Source: a virus (Duplodnaviria > Caudoviricetes). Taken from it: 57,663 nt of DNA. How positions within the stretch are numbered: the first letter of the stretch is position 1; the number at the start of each line of letters is the position of its first letter. Positions 34,646 to 44,369 of the stretch are shown piece by piece. Location of the stretch: positions 1-57,663 of IMG/VR virus record IMGVR_UViG_3300030331_004162. One strand, written 5' to 3'. The notes below the pieces were generated by a model. That model was not told where the DNA came from. It saw nothing but the letters and a program-made list of their open reading frames with translations, and did not search any database. The position numbers and the translations under genes were made by a program.

Positions 34646-36078
34646 AGGTCATAGGTGACAGTTTGCCAAGAAGGTTCAAGGCCAAGGCCAGCGGTTCGAT
34701 TACTGCGGGTAAGCCTGTAATCGTTGAAGCTGACGGTGATGTAGCTCAAGTCGCTACATCGGCGGCGGCAGTTGGCACACCTGCCGTTTTTGAAAATTCT
34801 GAACTCGCTGATCCCTTTGTTGTTTACGACTCTAACGCTCAAAAGGTCGTGATAGCTTATAGAGACAGGGGAAATTCTGATTACGGGACCGCAATTGTTG
34901 GCACTGTCAGCGATACATCCATTAGTTTTGGTAGTTCCGCAGTATTTGAAAGCGCGACTTCCACTTATATGTATGCCGCCTATGATGCCAATGCTCAAAA
35001 AGTGGTTATCGTCTATAGCGACGGCGGAAATTCTCAGTACGGCACAGCAGTTGTTGGAACAGTAAGCGGGACTTCGATTAGCTTTGGAACAGCGGTAGTT
35101 TTTGAAAGTGCGTTTATTGACTTTCCTTCAGTGGCCTACGATTCCAATGCTCAAAAAGTGGTCATAGCTTTTCGTGACGTTGGAAATTCCAACTACGGAA
35201 CCGCCATAGTGGGAACAGTTAGTGGTACGTCGATTAGTTTTGGTAGTGCCGCAGTATTTGAAAGCGCAAATACTAATGACGTTGAAGCCGTTTACGATGC
35301 TAGCGCCCAAAAAGTGGTCATTTTGTACAGAGATAATGGCAACTCTGACTATGGAACCGGCATCGTAGGGACAGTGAGTGGGACATCTATCAGTTTTGGC
35401 AGTGCGGCTGTATTTGAAAGCGCGAAGAGTGAGTATATGTCTGCCGTTTATGATTCTAACGCTCAAAAAATTGTAGTAGCTTACAGAGACGGTGGAAACT
35501 CTAACTACGGGACCGCTGTTGTTGGGACGGTAAGCGGGACTTCAATCACTTTTGGCAGTGCAACTGTATTTGAAAGTGCAGACATTCCCTTTCTCTCAGC
35601 CGTTTACGACTCTAAAAACCAAAAAGTGTTTATAGCCTATGAAGACACAGGAAATTCTAGCTATGGCACTTTCGTTTCTGGAACAGTCAGTGGAAATTCT
35701 ATTAGTTTTGAATCACCAGCGGTATTTGACAGCACGGACTCTGACAAAATCGCGGCCGCTTATGATGCTAACGCCGAAAGGGTTGTCATCGCTTATAGAG
35801 ACGGTGGAAATTCTGAGTACGGAACCGCTGTTGTAGTTCGCCCCGCTAGCACAAATCTCACCTCAGAAAATTTTATTGGTATTGCAGAGTACGCGGCGTC
35901 TGACACGGAAACAGCCACCGTGCTAATCAAGGGCGGCGTCAGCACCACACAGTCCAGCCTGACGGCAGGTCAGACATACTTTGTGCAAGGTGATGGCACG
36001 ATAGCAACGTCAGCGGATAGCCCTAGCGTTACTGCTGGCACGGCTGTTACATCCACCAAACTGATAGTGAAGGGCTGA
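34642..36078 (+). CDS. beta-propeller-like repeat protein 2
   Basis: Same repeats, highly homogeneous; shared N- and C-terminal caps. Confidence 0.75.
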   Translation: MKVIGDSLPRRFKAKASGSITAGKPVIVEADGDVAQVATSAAAVGTPAVFENSELADPFVVYDSNAQKVVIAYRDRGNSDYGTAIVGTVSDTSISFGSSAVFESATSTYMYAAYDANAQKVVIVYSDGGNSQYGTAVVGTVSGTSISFGTAVVFESAFIDFPSVAYDSNAQKVVIAFRDVGNSNYGTAIVGTVSGTSISFGSAAVFESANTNDVEAVYDASAQKVVILYRDNGNSDYGTGIVGTVSGTSISFGSAAVFESAKSEYMSAVYDSNAQKIVVAYRDGGNSNYGTAVVGTVSGTSITFGSATVFESADIPFLSAVYDSKNQKVFIAYEDTGNSSYGTFVSGTVSGNSISFESPAVFDSTDSDKIAAAYDANAERVVIAYRDGGNSEYGTAVVVRPASTNLTSENFIGIAEYAASDTETATVLIKGGVSTTQSSLTAGQTYFVQGDGTIATSADSPSVTAGTAVTSTKLIVKG

Positions 36079-36079
36079 T

Positions 36080-37537
36080 ATGAGCTATATAGGCAGACAG
36101 CTTAATGTGCCAGCCAGCACGGTTGAGTTGACGGCGGAGGGTGCGATCACTGCTGGAAAACCTGTAGTTGTTGAGGCTGACGGTGACGTAGCTCAAATCG
36201 TCCAAACGAGCGTTACCCAAGGTGTTGGCTCCCCTGTAGTCTTTACTAGCACTGCCGCATACTCCAATGAACACGCGAGCGTGTTTGATAGCAATAACAA
36301 CAAAGTTGTTTTTTGTTATAGCGATTACGGCAACAGTGGTTACGGCACTGCTGTTGTAGGAACTGTGAGTGGAACAACGATCTCTTTTGGTACTCCAGTA
36401 GTTTTTGAAAGCGCACAGACGGGTACAGAAGTTTCAGCCGCTTTTGACTCTAGCAATAACAAGGTAGTAATTGCATATCGAGACGGCGGCAACTCAACCT
36501 ATGGCACGGCTATTGTCGGCACGGTTTCGGGCGATAGTATCAGCTTTGGCGCAGCCGCAGTTTTTGAAAGCGCAATTACCTCGAAGATCGGTATTTGTTT
36601 TGATAGCTCCAATAACAAGGCGGTGATTGTCTACACAGATCAAGGTAATTCAAATTACGGCACGGCTGTTGTGGCCACAGTCAGTGGGACATCAATCAGC
36701 TTTGGAACTCCTGTAGTCTATAGGTCTGCTAGGGCTGAAGACAATGTGGCAACATTTGATACTACTAACAACAAAGTTGTCGTCGCTTATGAATATAGAA
36801 CAACCGGAGCAGGCGAGGCTGTTGTCGGGACCGTTATCGGTACAAGCATCTCGTTTGGTTCTACAGCAACTTTTGAGTCCGGCGACATTAAAGAATATCT
36901 AGCAATTACTTTTGACAGTAACACTGGTAAGGTTTTTATTAGTTATCAAGAAGGTAACAATCACCGTGGAATTGTTGGCACGGTTTCTGGTACAAGCATT
37001 TCATTCGGCTCTGCGGCAGACATCCAAAGTGGTGAGTCGTTATATGCGTCCTGTACTTTTGACAGCAGTGCAAATAAGGTGGTGGTCGCCTATGAAGATG
37101 GCGGTAACTCAAATTACGGCACTGCTGTACCAATAACGATAAGTGGCACAGGATTCAGCGTTGGCACGGCCACAGTTTTTGAAAGTGCAAACATTTCCTT
37201 TATTAGCTGCTGTTTTGATAGCAAGGCAAGCAAGGTTGCAATCCAGTATTCAGATACGGGTAACTCAAATTACGGCACTGGTGTGATTTTTCAAAACACG
37301 GACGCAATCACAAACCTTACCTCAGAAAACTTTATTGGCTTTGCAGAAAACGACTGCACCGATAACGGCTTGGCGACCATTCAGTTAGGCGGTTCAGTTA
37401 ACGACAAACAGACCAGCCTGACGGCAGGGCAAACGTATTTTGTACAGACTGATGGCACAATAGGCACAAGTGCCGACTCGCCATCTGTGACAGCAGGCAC
37501 AGCAGTTTCATCCACCGAAATTTTAGTAAAGGGCTAA
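36080..37537 (+). CDS. beta-propeller-like repeat protein 3
   Basis: Same repeats (FDSSNNKVV variant). Confidence 0.75.
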   Translation: MSYIGRQLNVPASTVELTAEGAITAGKPVVVEADGDVAQIVQTSVTQGVGSPVVFTSTAAYSNEHASVFDSNNNKVVFCYSDYGNSGYGTAVVGTVSGTTISFGTPVVFESAQTGTEVSAAFDSSNNKVVIAYRDGGNSTYGTAIVGTVSGDSISFGAAAVFESAITSKIGICFDSSNNKAVIVYTDQGNSNYGTAVVATVSGTSISFGTPVVYRSARAEDNVATFDTTNNKVVVAYEYRTTGAGEAVVGTVIGTSISFGSTATFESGDIKEYLAITFDSNTGKVFISYQEGNNHRGIVGTVSGTSISFGSAADIQSGESLYASCTFDSSANKVVVAYEDGGNSNYGTAVPITISGTGFSVGTATVFESANISFISCCFDSKASKVAIQYSDTGNSNYGTGVIFQNTDAITNLTSENFIGFAENDCTDNGLATIQLGGSVNDKQTSLTAGQTYFVQTDGTIGTSADSPSVTAGTAVSSTEILVKG

Positions 37538-37540
37538 AAC

Positions 37541-37807
37541 ATGAAAACCATTACCGAAAACGCAACCAAATTGTCGAAGTATCTTTTTGAGGACAGCAAG
37601 GCTGTGGCTATGGGTTCTGACAAGATTACGGTTGGCGACCCGTCTTCACCGGACTTTTACGTTGCTGATCTAAACTCCAGCAATGCCACGCTGACTGAGA
37701 GTGTGACGGACGCGCCTAGCAACTGGTCAGGCAATCGGTACACCTACGACCCTAGTGCTGATCCAAAATGGGTAGCAAACCCAGATTGGGTCGATCCCAG
37801 TGCGTAA
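37541..37807 (+). CDS. small tail-associated protein
   Basis: 88 aa; APSNWSGNRYTY...WVANPDW. Confidence 0.65.
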   Translation: MKTITENATKLSKYLFEDSKAVAMGSDKITVGDPSSPDFYVADLNSSNATLTESVTDAPSNWSGNRYTYDPSADPKWVANPDWVDPSA

Positions 37808-37810
37808 TAT

Positions 37811-38011
37811 GTGGAAACAATCGTCCTGTATTTGGTGTTGGAAACCTACACTTATACATGGGCGATAGGCAGTAGAACACGGCTAGAACATTACCGGATT
37901 TGTCGATACAAGGAGCTAAATAGCACATCGGATCAAACGTACACTTGGTACTTGCCGTATTTCAGTTCGTATTGTGATCCCTATGTAGTATACGAGGTTC
38001 CAAATGATTGA
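37811..38011 (+). CDS. hypothetical protein
   Basis: 66-aa ORF overlapping the next gene. Confidence 0.5.
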   Translation: METIVLYLVLETYTYTWAIGSRTRLEHYRICRYKELNSTSDQTYTWYLPYFSSYCDPYVVYEVPND

Positions 38012-38480
38012 CCCCATTACAGCGGCGGCGGCGGCGACCAAGGCGTATGCGGGGGTCAAAGCCTTTATTGAGGCGGGCAAAAGTATAGAAGATACCTTTT
38101 CCGTGGTGGCGCGTTGGCAAGCAAGCGCCTCAGACATTTTGTACGCTAGTCAGCGCCAGAAAAAACGCACAAATCCTCTAAAACAAGTGGTTTTTGCTCA
38201 GTCAGTTGAAGCAGAGGCCGCGCAGATGTTTGCCGCAAAGAAACGCATAGAAAACCAACGCAAAGAAATAGTTACGCTGTTGCAGTATGCATACGGCAAT
38301 GAGGGGCTTGAAGAGTACAGAAGATGTATGAGAGAGGTGCAGGAGCAAAGGCAAAGGGAAGTTTATGCCCAGCAGGAAGCCAAGGACGCAATGGTTAAAT
38401 CGTTCTGGATTGTTGTGTTAGTGGGGATAGCAGGCGGCATCATAGCCTTTATTTTTGAGGCGGTGTCAAGTAAGGGGTAG
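38004..38480 (+). CDS. hypothetical protein with coiled coil and C-terminal TM helix
   Basis: MIDPITAAAAATKAY N-terminus; terminal hydrophobic helix. Confidence 0.7.
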   Translation: MIDPITAAAAATKAYAGVKAFIEAGKSIEDTFSVVARWQASASDILYASQRQKKRTNPLKQVVFAQSVEAEAAQMFAAKKRIENQRKEIVTLLQYAYGNEGLEEYRRCMREVQEQRQREVYAQQEAKDAMVKSFWIVVLVGIAGGIIAFIFEAVSSKG

Positions 38481-38524
38481 TATACTGTGACAGCGCCCAC
38501 TCAAAGCGGACCTAACTAACGCCT

Positions 38525-39310
38525 ATGTTTGGTTTAACCGGATTTTCAGCCACACCGTTTAGCACCCCTTCTGCGTTTGGTCCGGTGGGTGTCACGGGTG
38601 TTGCGGCTACAAGCGGTGTCGGTAGCGTATCCATAAATGGTGACGCCGATGCAGTTATCACCGGCCTTCAGGCTACCGCTTCTGGCGGCGTTTTAGTTTT
38701 TAACGAGTCTGTATCTGTATCTGTAACAGGTTTAAACGGAACAGGTTCTGTAGGGTCTGTCGCTGCTGTTGAAGGTAAAACAGTAAACGTGACCGGGGTA
38801 GCGGCCTCCATGCCGATGACATCGTTGGAGGCGGGAGGCTCCCTGCTAGGTGGCTTGGCACTATCTGAAGAGCCGTTTGCCACGCTGTCTGATGACAGCC
38901 TTCAGATTAGCTTTGAGCAAGGCGTTGGGGCGTCTGTCACCGGCCTTGCCGCTACATCTGCGGTGGGCTCTGTTACGGTTACCGGTCTTGCCAATGTATC
39001 CTTAACCGGTATAGCAGGCACGGGTGGCGTTGGTTCTGTCACCGTAGATGCCGCAGGGCAAGTAGAAGTTACGGGAATAGCGGCCACGGGTGGTGTTGGC
39101 GCCGTCACTGTTACGCAGGGCACCGGCGTAAATGTGGCCCTCACGGGATCTTTTGCCGTGGGCCGGGTTGGAGTAGCCAGTGCAATAGGGGAAATACAAA
39201 TTCAGGTCACGGGCGTGGCGGCGACAGGGGAAGTGGGTCAGGTTACCCCGTTTGCTTGGAACCCCATAGTTCCGGATCAGACTGCCAATTGGGTAGAAAT
39301 AGCGGCGTAG
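38525..39310 (+). CDS. Gly/Val/Thr-rich repeat virion protein (fibre-like)
   Basis: Repeats of the form VTGxAATxxVGSVTV. Confidence 0.7.
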   Translation: MFGLTGFSATPFSTPSAFGPVGVTGVAATSGVGSVSINGDADAVITGLQATASGGVLVFNESVSVSVTGLNGTGSVGSVAAVEGKTVNVTGVAASMPMTSLEAGGSLLGGLALSEEPFATLSDDSLQISFEQGVGASVTGLAATSAVGSVTVTGLANVSLTGIAGTGGVGSVTVDAAGQVEVTGIAATGGVGAVTVTQGTGVNVALTGSFAVGRVGVASAIGEIQIQVTGVAATGEVGQVTPFAWNPIVPDQTANWVEIAA

Positions 39311-39320
39311 CGAGGACATT

Positions 39321-40292
39321 ATGCCTAGTACATATACGACAAACCTTGGTATTGAAAAGATTGCTACTGGCGAGCAATCAGGTACGTGGGGCACAACCAC
39401 GAACACAAACTTTGATCTGATCGACAGCGCCATAGACGGCATTATTTCGGTCACTTTGTCCTCTGCAGGTAGTTCAGGTAGTCCCACCGACCTTCCTATA
39501 ACGGACGGGTCCACGTCTAACGGGCGTAACAAGTTCATTGAATTTACAGACGGGGGTGATCTTGGCGGCACCGCATACGTACAGTTAACCCCTAACAATG
39601 CCGAAAAAATCGTTCATATTCGCAATTCTTTAAGTGGCAGTCGATCAATCATTATTTTTCAGGGGACTTACAACGCCTCCAATGATTTTGAGATTGCCAA
39701 CGGAAAAGACGTTGTATTGAAGTTTAATGGTGGCGGCACGGGCGCTACCGTAACGCAAGTGTTTGTTGATCTTGTAGCTACAAATGTTACCGGTAATTTG
39801 ACGGGTAACGTCACGGGTAACGTCACGGGCGCGATTACGGGTAATGTCACAGGTGATTTGACAGGGAACGTCACGGGAAATGTTACTGGCAACGTCACAG
39901 GGAACATCACGGGTAACATATCTTCTAGCGGAACTTCTACTTTTGCCACGGTTGACATCAACGGTGGGGCGGTGGACGGTACTCCTGTTGGAGCTAATTC
40001 TCCTGCCACAGGCGCTTTTACTACTTTAAGCACTACGGGCACCGCTACTTTACCTACGGTAGATGTAGCTGGTGGTGAAATAGACGGCACAAACATAGGC
40101 GCATCGACGCCCGGTGCAGGAACTTTTAACGCCTTAGCCACTACCGGGGACAGCATTACGATACAAACATCACAAACCCCCGCAAGTTCTTCTGCTTCAG
40201 GAACAAAAGGTGAGTTAGCTTATGACACAGAGTATTTGTACATTTGCGTGGCCACAAACACTTGGAAACGTGTAGCGGTATCTACGTTTTAA
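39321..40292 (+). CDS. tail fibre/spike-like protein
   Basis: MPSTYTTNLGIEKIATGEQSGTWG N-terminus, GNVT repeats, C-terminal YLYICVATNTWKR. Confidence 0.75.
   Translation: MPSTYTTNLGIEKIATGEQSGTWGTTTNTNFDLIDSAIDGIISVTLSSAGSSGSPTDLPITDGSTSNGRNKFIEFTDGGDLGGTAYVQLTPNNAEKIVHIRNSLSGSRSIIIFQGTYNASNDFEIANGKDVVLKFNGGGTGATVTQVFVDLVATNVTGNLTGNVTGNVTGAITGNVTGDLTGNVTGNVTGNVTGNITGNISSSGTSTFATVDINGGAVDGTPVGANSPATGAFTTLSTTGTATLPTVDVAGGEIDGTNIGASTPGAGTFNALATTGDSITIQTSQTPASSSASGTKGELAYDTEYLYICVATNTWKRVAVSTF
39785..39920 (+). repeat. degenerate 12-nt tandem repeat encoding (GNVT)n
   Basis: About 11 consecutive G-[ND]-[VLI]-T-like units. Confidence 0.8.
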
Positions 40293-40298
40293 CCAAAG

Positions 40299-42182
40299 AT
40301 GCCCCTAACAAAACTACAATTTAGACCCGGAATAAATCGCGAAACGACCTCATATACTAACGAAGGCGGGTGGTTTGATGGCGATAAAATACGTTTCCGG
40401 TTTGGGGTGCCTGAAAAAATAGGCGGCTGGGAACGAGCCACGGAAAGCACGTTTCTTGGCACTTGTCGTGCCCTCAAACCTTTTGTCGCGCTCGACGGCT
40501 CACGGTTCATGGGCCTTGGAACACACCTCAAGTACTACATTGAGGAAGGCGGCACCTATAACGACATTACGCCTATCCGTTCTACAACGAGCGCAGGGGA
40601 TGTGACGTTTAGCGCCACCAACGGTTCTTCAACTATTACGGTAGCAGACACGGCCCACGGAGCAGTGGCAGGAGACTATGTCACCTTTTCAGGCGCGGCA
40701 TCCTTGGGTGGCAATATTACGGCGGCAGTCTTAAACCAAGAATATCGCATAGATACGGTTGTTAACGACAACAGCTTTACCATCATAGCCAAAGATACGT
40801 CTGACGCCACCGTCACAGCTAACTCCAGTGACAGTGGTAATGGTGGTGGCTCTACGGTTGGCGCATATCAAATCAATACGGGTCTGGATACCTCCGTCAG
40901 GGGCACAGGCTGGGGCGTGGGAACGTGGGGTAGAGAAGGCTGGGGTGACGCCGCCGCCGCGACCGGCACGACCGCCATTCTACGTATCTGGACACATGAC
41001 AACTTTGGCGAAGATTTGATTATAAACGTCCGAGATGCGGGCATTTTTTATTGGGATAAGACCTTGGGACTGTCTTCACGGGCCGTGGCAATTTCAGACC
41101 GCACCAATGCGGACTCAACTACCCCGACGATAGCCAAGCAAGTATTAGTATCTGACCGCGACCGGCACATCATTGCGTTTGGCTGCGATGCGGAAAATGC
41201 CATTGGCACCCAAGACCCTTTGTTGATCCGGTTCAGTGACCAAGAAGACCCGACTACGTGGCAATCCTTGCCTTCTAATACAGCAGGCGACCTGCGTATT
41301 GGCTCGGGTTCCGAGATTGTGGCGGCGGTAGAAACACGTCAGCAAATCCTTGTATATACGGATGTTTCTCTACACGCCATGCAGTTTTTGGGGCCACCCT
41401 TCACTTTTGGTATCAGCTTGGTATCAGAAAACACCACGATCATGTCGCCTTTGGCTGCCATTGCACACGATGACGTGGTGTATTGGATGGGCTTTGAAGA
41501 GTTCTACGTGTTTAGTGGCCAAGTACAGCGTATTCCCTGTACGGTAAGGTCATACGTTTTTGATGATTTTAACCGTGAACAAAAGGAAAAGGTCTTTGCG
41601 GCGTCGAACTCGGCGTACAGCGAAATCTGGTGGTTCTACCCGTCGTCAACAGCTAATGAAATTGATCGCTACGTTGTATTTAATTATCAAGAAAATGCTT
41701 GGTATTACGGTACTTTGGTGCGTACAGCTTGGGTTGACCGTGGCATCAATGATTACCCGGTGGCTACGTTTACTGATGGCAGGCAATATTTCCAAGAACT
41801 GGGTCTGGATGACGCTACTTCTAGTCCTGCTGTTGCTATTAACGCCCACATAGAATCTAGCCAGATTGATCTTGCGGACGGTGAGCAGTTTGCCTTTATA
41901 CGCCGCCTCATCCCCGATATAACCTTTGAAAACTCCACTGCGGCCTCGCCAAACGTCGTTTTTACCACCAAAGTCCGTGATTTCCCCGGCGGTAACTACG
42001 ATTCAGAGGATGCGGCGACTGTTACACGATCTGCAACTACCCCTGTAGAACAGTTTACAAATCAGGTACATTTACGTCTGAGAGGCCGTAGCTTTGCGCT
42101 TCGTATAGCCTCCTCTGACACTGAAACGCAATGGCGGTTGGGCTCTGCCCGACTAGACGTGCGCCCGGATGGCCGCAGATGA
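40299..42182 (+). CDS. tail stabilisation/nozzle protein (P22 gp10/tail tubular B-like)
   Basis: 627 aa; LLIRFSDQED, NTAGDLRI, EIWWFYPS; lies before the ejection genes. Confidence 0.75.
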   Translation: MPLTKLQFRPGINRETTSYTNEGGWFDGDKIRFRFGVPEKIGGWERATESTFLGTCRALKPFVALDGSRFMGLGTHLKYYIEEGGTYNDITPIRSTTSAGDVTFSATNGSSTITVADTAHGAVAGDYVTFSGAASLGGNITAAVLNQEYRIDTVVNDNSFTIIAKDTSDATVTANSSDSGNGGGSTVGAYQINTGLDTSVRGTGWGVGTWGREGWGDAAAATGTTAILRIWTHDNFGEDLIINVRDAGIFYWDKTLGLSSRAVAISDRTNADSTTPTIAKQVLVSDRDRHIIAFGCDAENAIGTQDPLLIRFSDQEDPTTWQSLPSNTAGDLRIGSGSEIVAAVETRQQILVYTDVSLHAMQFLGPPFTFGISLVSENTTIMSPLAAIAHDDVVYWMGFEEFYVFSGQVQRIPCTVRSYVFDDFNREQKEKVFAASNSAYSEIWWFYPSSTANEIDRYVVFNYQENAWYYGTLVRTAWVDRGINDYPVATFTDGRQYFQELGLDDATSSPAVAINAHIESSQIDLADGEQFAFIRRLIPDITFENSTAASPNVVFTTKVRDFPGGNYDSEDAATVTRSATTPVEQFTNQVHLRLRGRSFALRIASSDTETQWRLGSARLDVRPDGRR

Positions 42183-42478
42183 GCGGACGCCGCTTAGTAT
42201 TACCTCAGTTTCCACGGGCACCGGAACAATACGATGCCACGTATATGTCGGAGGTTGTGCGCTCATTCTCTGTATTTCTTGAGCTATTCAACAACCCCGG
42301 CGATGCACGGCACACGGAGCTTACTTTGACTAATTTACAGCAGAATGACTACAACCTAGAAACTGGCGCAGTGTTTCAGCAAGATGGCACGTTGAAAATA
42401 GTGATTGCCAATAAGCCGCATCCTGCCGGATTAGCGGGCACAGGTTCGGTAGGTTCTGTGACGGTATCAACCTCATAA
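42179..42478 (+). CDS. hypothetical tail-module protein
   Basis: ATGA-coupled start at 42179; C-terminus GSVGSVTVSTS resembles that of the 29309 gene product. Confidence 0.65.
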   Translation: MSGRRLVLPQFPRAPEQYDATYMSEVVRSFSVFLELFNNPGDARHTELTLTNLQQNDYNLETGAVFQQDGTLKIVIANKPHPAGLAGTGSVGSVTVSTS

Positions 42479-42517
42479 GGGCTTTGATACAATCGCTGAT
42501 AATCATGGGATAGTTAT

Positions 42518-44368
42518 ATGACAGCCGCCGCACCCCGAAGTCCAGAGCCATATGAGGTCCCAGAAGGGGGCCTTGCGTCGTTTCTAACTGCAACAGTTGG
42601 AGATTGGTCAGACGAGGCGCTGAACGCCGACAACTACTATGACATTGTTAAGCCGACAGCAGAACAACTGGCGCAGTTTGGGCGAGAAGAAGATGATCGC
42701 ATAGCGCACGTTGCCACTGGCGAAACCATTATTCCCATGGCGGTCTTTGAAGAAGACCCCGAACTAAAAGAAGCTCTATTTACACGTATGCGAGAAATGG
42801 GCATTGACCCAGAGCGTTACATCGTGGGTAGCGATTTAAATAGCATCAACCCTGTCACAGGCCAGCCTGAGTTCTTCTTGAAGAAAATATTCAAGGGCGT
42901 CAAAAAAGCCGTCAAGGGCGTGGTCAAAGTATTTAAGAAAGTCGCGCCAATTATTCTTTCCACTGTGGGCTTCATAGTGGCTGGCCCTTTAGGCGCAAGT
43001 TTAGGTTCTGGGATTGGCACCTTAATTCAAGGCGGCAATCTTAAAGACGCCTTCAAATCTGCCTTAATCGCGGGAGCTACGGCGGGTATAACACAAGGTG
43101 CCATGGACGGCTTTGGCGCGGCAGGGCAAACGACGGGCGGCTTTGGTGCTAAATTATCTGCTGGAGTACAAGGCTTTGGAGAAAGTATAACCTCGGGGCT
43201 TTCTGGCGGTTATGTAGATCAGTTTACACAAGGTGTTGCAAATATAACGGGTCAAAGTGCGGCCCAAGCCGCTACTAACCAACCTGCGCTTACTGCGGCT
43301 GAAGCTGTGCAACAAGGTGCCGCTCCTGCCGGAGGTATTCCTACAAATATAGATATGACTCCACCCATAAGCGGTGGTCCGACAAATCTGAATATGACCG
43401 GTCCAACAAACCTAAATATGACCCCTGTCCCCGGTGCGGCTAAAGCACAGCTTGCTCGACAGGCAAAGACAGCCGCCGGAGGCATTCCCACGAATCTAGA
43501 TATGACTCCTGTCCCCGGTGCGGCTAAAGCACAGCTTGCCCAAGGACCGACCGCCGCACAACTTACACAAATGCAAGCACCTACGCTTACAGAAACAGCT
43601 TCAACACAACTTGATCCTTTTGTTCCGGCAAGTGACGCCGCCACAACAACCGTCAGCGATATTCCCGATTTGCAAGGCACGGGCTCTTCTGATCCCGGCG
43701 GCATTAACTTTGGCGAGGTGGCCTCTAGCGGGATACAACAAAACGCAGATAGAACATTTCTGGAGAAAGTTACCGATTATCTGTTCCGTGCAGGGCAAAC
43801 TCCTGCAGAAGTGGACGCCGCTGTATCTGCGGCTCGCTCGGATACATTAGCAAAAATGCTTAAAGATTATAATATTACTAGTATTACTCAAGCAGGTGAA
43901 GCGGGTCCGGTTATTGCAAAAGCTGTTGAAGCCGCCGCCGCAAAAGCGGGTCCGGGTCTTATGGCAAGATTTGGCCCCAGTGCGCTGGCTTTAACCGGCA
44001 TTGGCGCGGCGGCAGGGTTTTTTGACCAGCCCGAAATGGAGCCACTACCTGATGCCTTTGGCGGCATGACGGGTCAAAAGCTGATTGACATGTACCCCTC
44101 ACAATATACGTTGTCGACCCCCGGCGCATACATAGCTCCCTCCATGGCGGCGGCTGACGGGGGTGGCATCGATACGAGCAAGTTCCCTCGCCGCAATGGC
44201 AAGATAAGCGGCCCCGGCACCGAAACCTCTGACGACATCCCCGCTATGCTGTCTGATGGCGAGTTTGTCATGACGGCCAAGGCAGTGCGTGGCGCAGGGA
44301 ACGGTAGCCGTGAGGCAGGAATGCGGAACATGTACAACATGATGAGCCGCTTTGAGGGGAACGCTTAA
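42518..44368 (+). CDS. internal virion/ejection protein (putative)
   Basis: INPVTGQPEFF, Gly/Ala hydrophobic segments, C-terminal GPGTETSDDIPAMLSDGEFV. Confidence 0.7.
   Translation: MTAAAPRSPEPYEVPEGGLASFLTATVGDWSDEALNADNYYDIVKPTAEQLAQFGREEDDRIAHVATGETIIPMAVFEEDPELKEALFTRMREMGIDPERYIVGSDLNSINPVTGQPEFFLKKIFKGVKKAVKGVVKVFKKVAPIILSTVGFIVAGPLGASLGSGIGTLIQGGNLKDAFKSALIAGATAGITQGAMDGFGAAGQTTGGFGAKLSAGVQGFGESITSGLSGGYVDQFTQGVANITGQSAAQAATNQPALTAAEAVQQGAAPAGGIPTNIDMTPPISGGPTNLNMTGPTNLNMTPVPGAAKAQLARQAKTAAGGIPTNLDMTPVPGAAKAQLAQGPTAAQLTQMQAPTLTETASTQLDPFVPASDAATTTVSDIPDLQGTGSSDPGGINFGEVASSGIQQNADRTFLEKVTDYLFRAGQTPAEVDAAVSAARSDTLAKMLKDYNITSITQAGEAGPVIAKAVEAAAAKAGPGLMARFGPSALALTGIGAAAGFFDQPEMEPLPDAFGGMTGQKLIDMYPSQYTLSTPGAYIAPSMAAADGGGIDTSKFPRRNGKISGPGTETSDDIPAMLSDGEFVMTAKAVRGAGNGSREAGMRNMYNMMSRFEGNA
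43320..43545 (+). repeat. intragenic direct repeats
   Basis: Four TN[IL][DN]MT units and two CCTGTCCCCGGTGCGGCTAAAGCACAGCTTGC copies. Confidence 0.75.
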
Positions 44369-44369
44369 C

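Noticed and set aside
33215-37537. Diversity-generating retroelement
   Set aside because: No reverse transcriptase and no TR/VR pair with adenine-specific differences; the repeats are coding paralogy.
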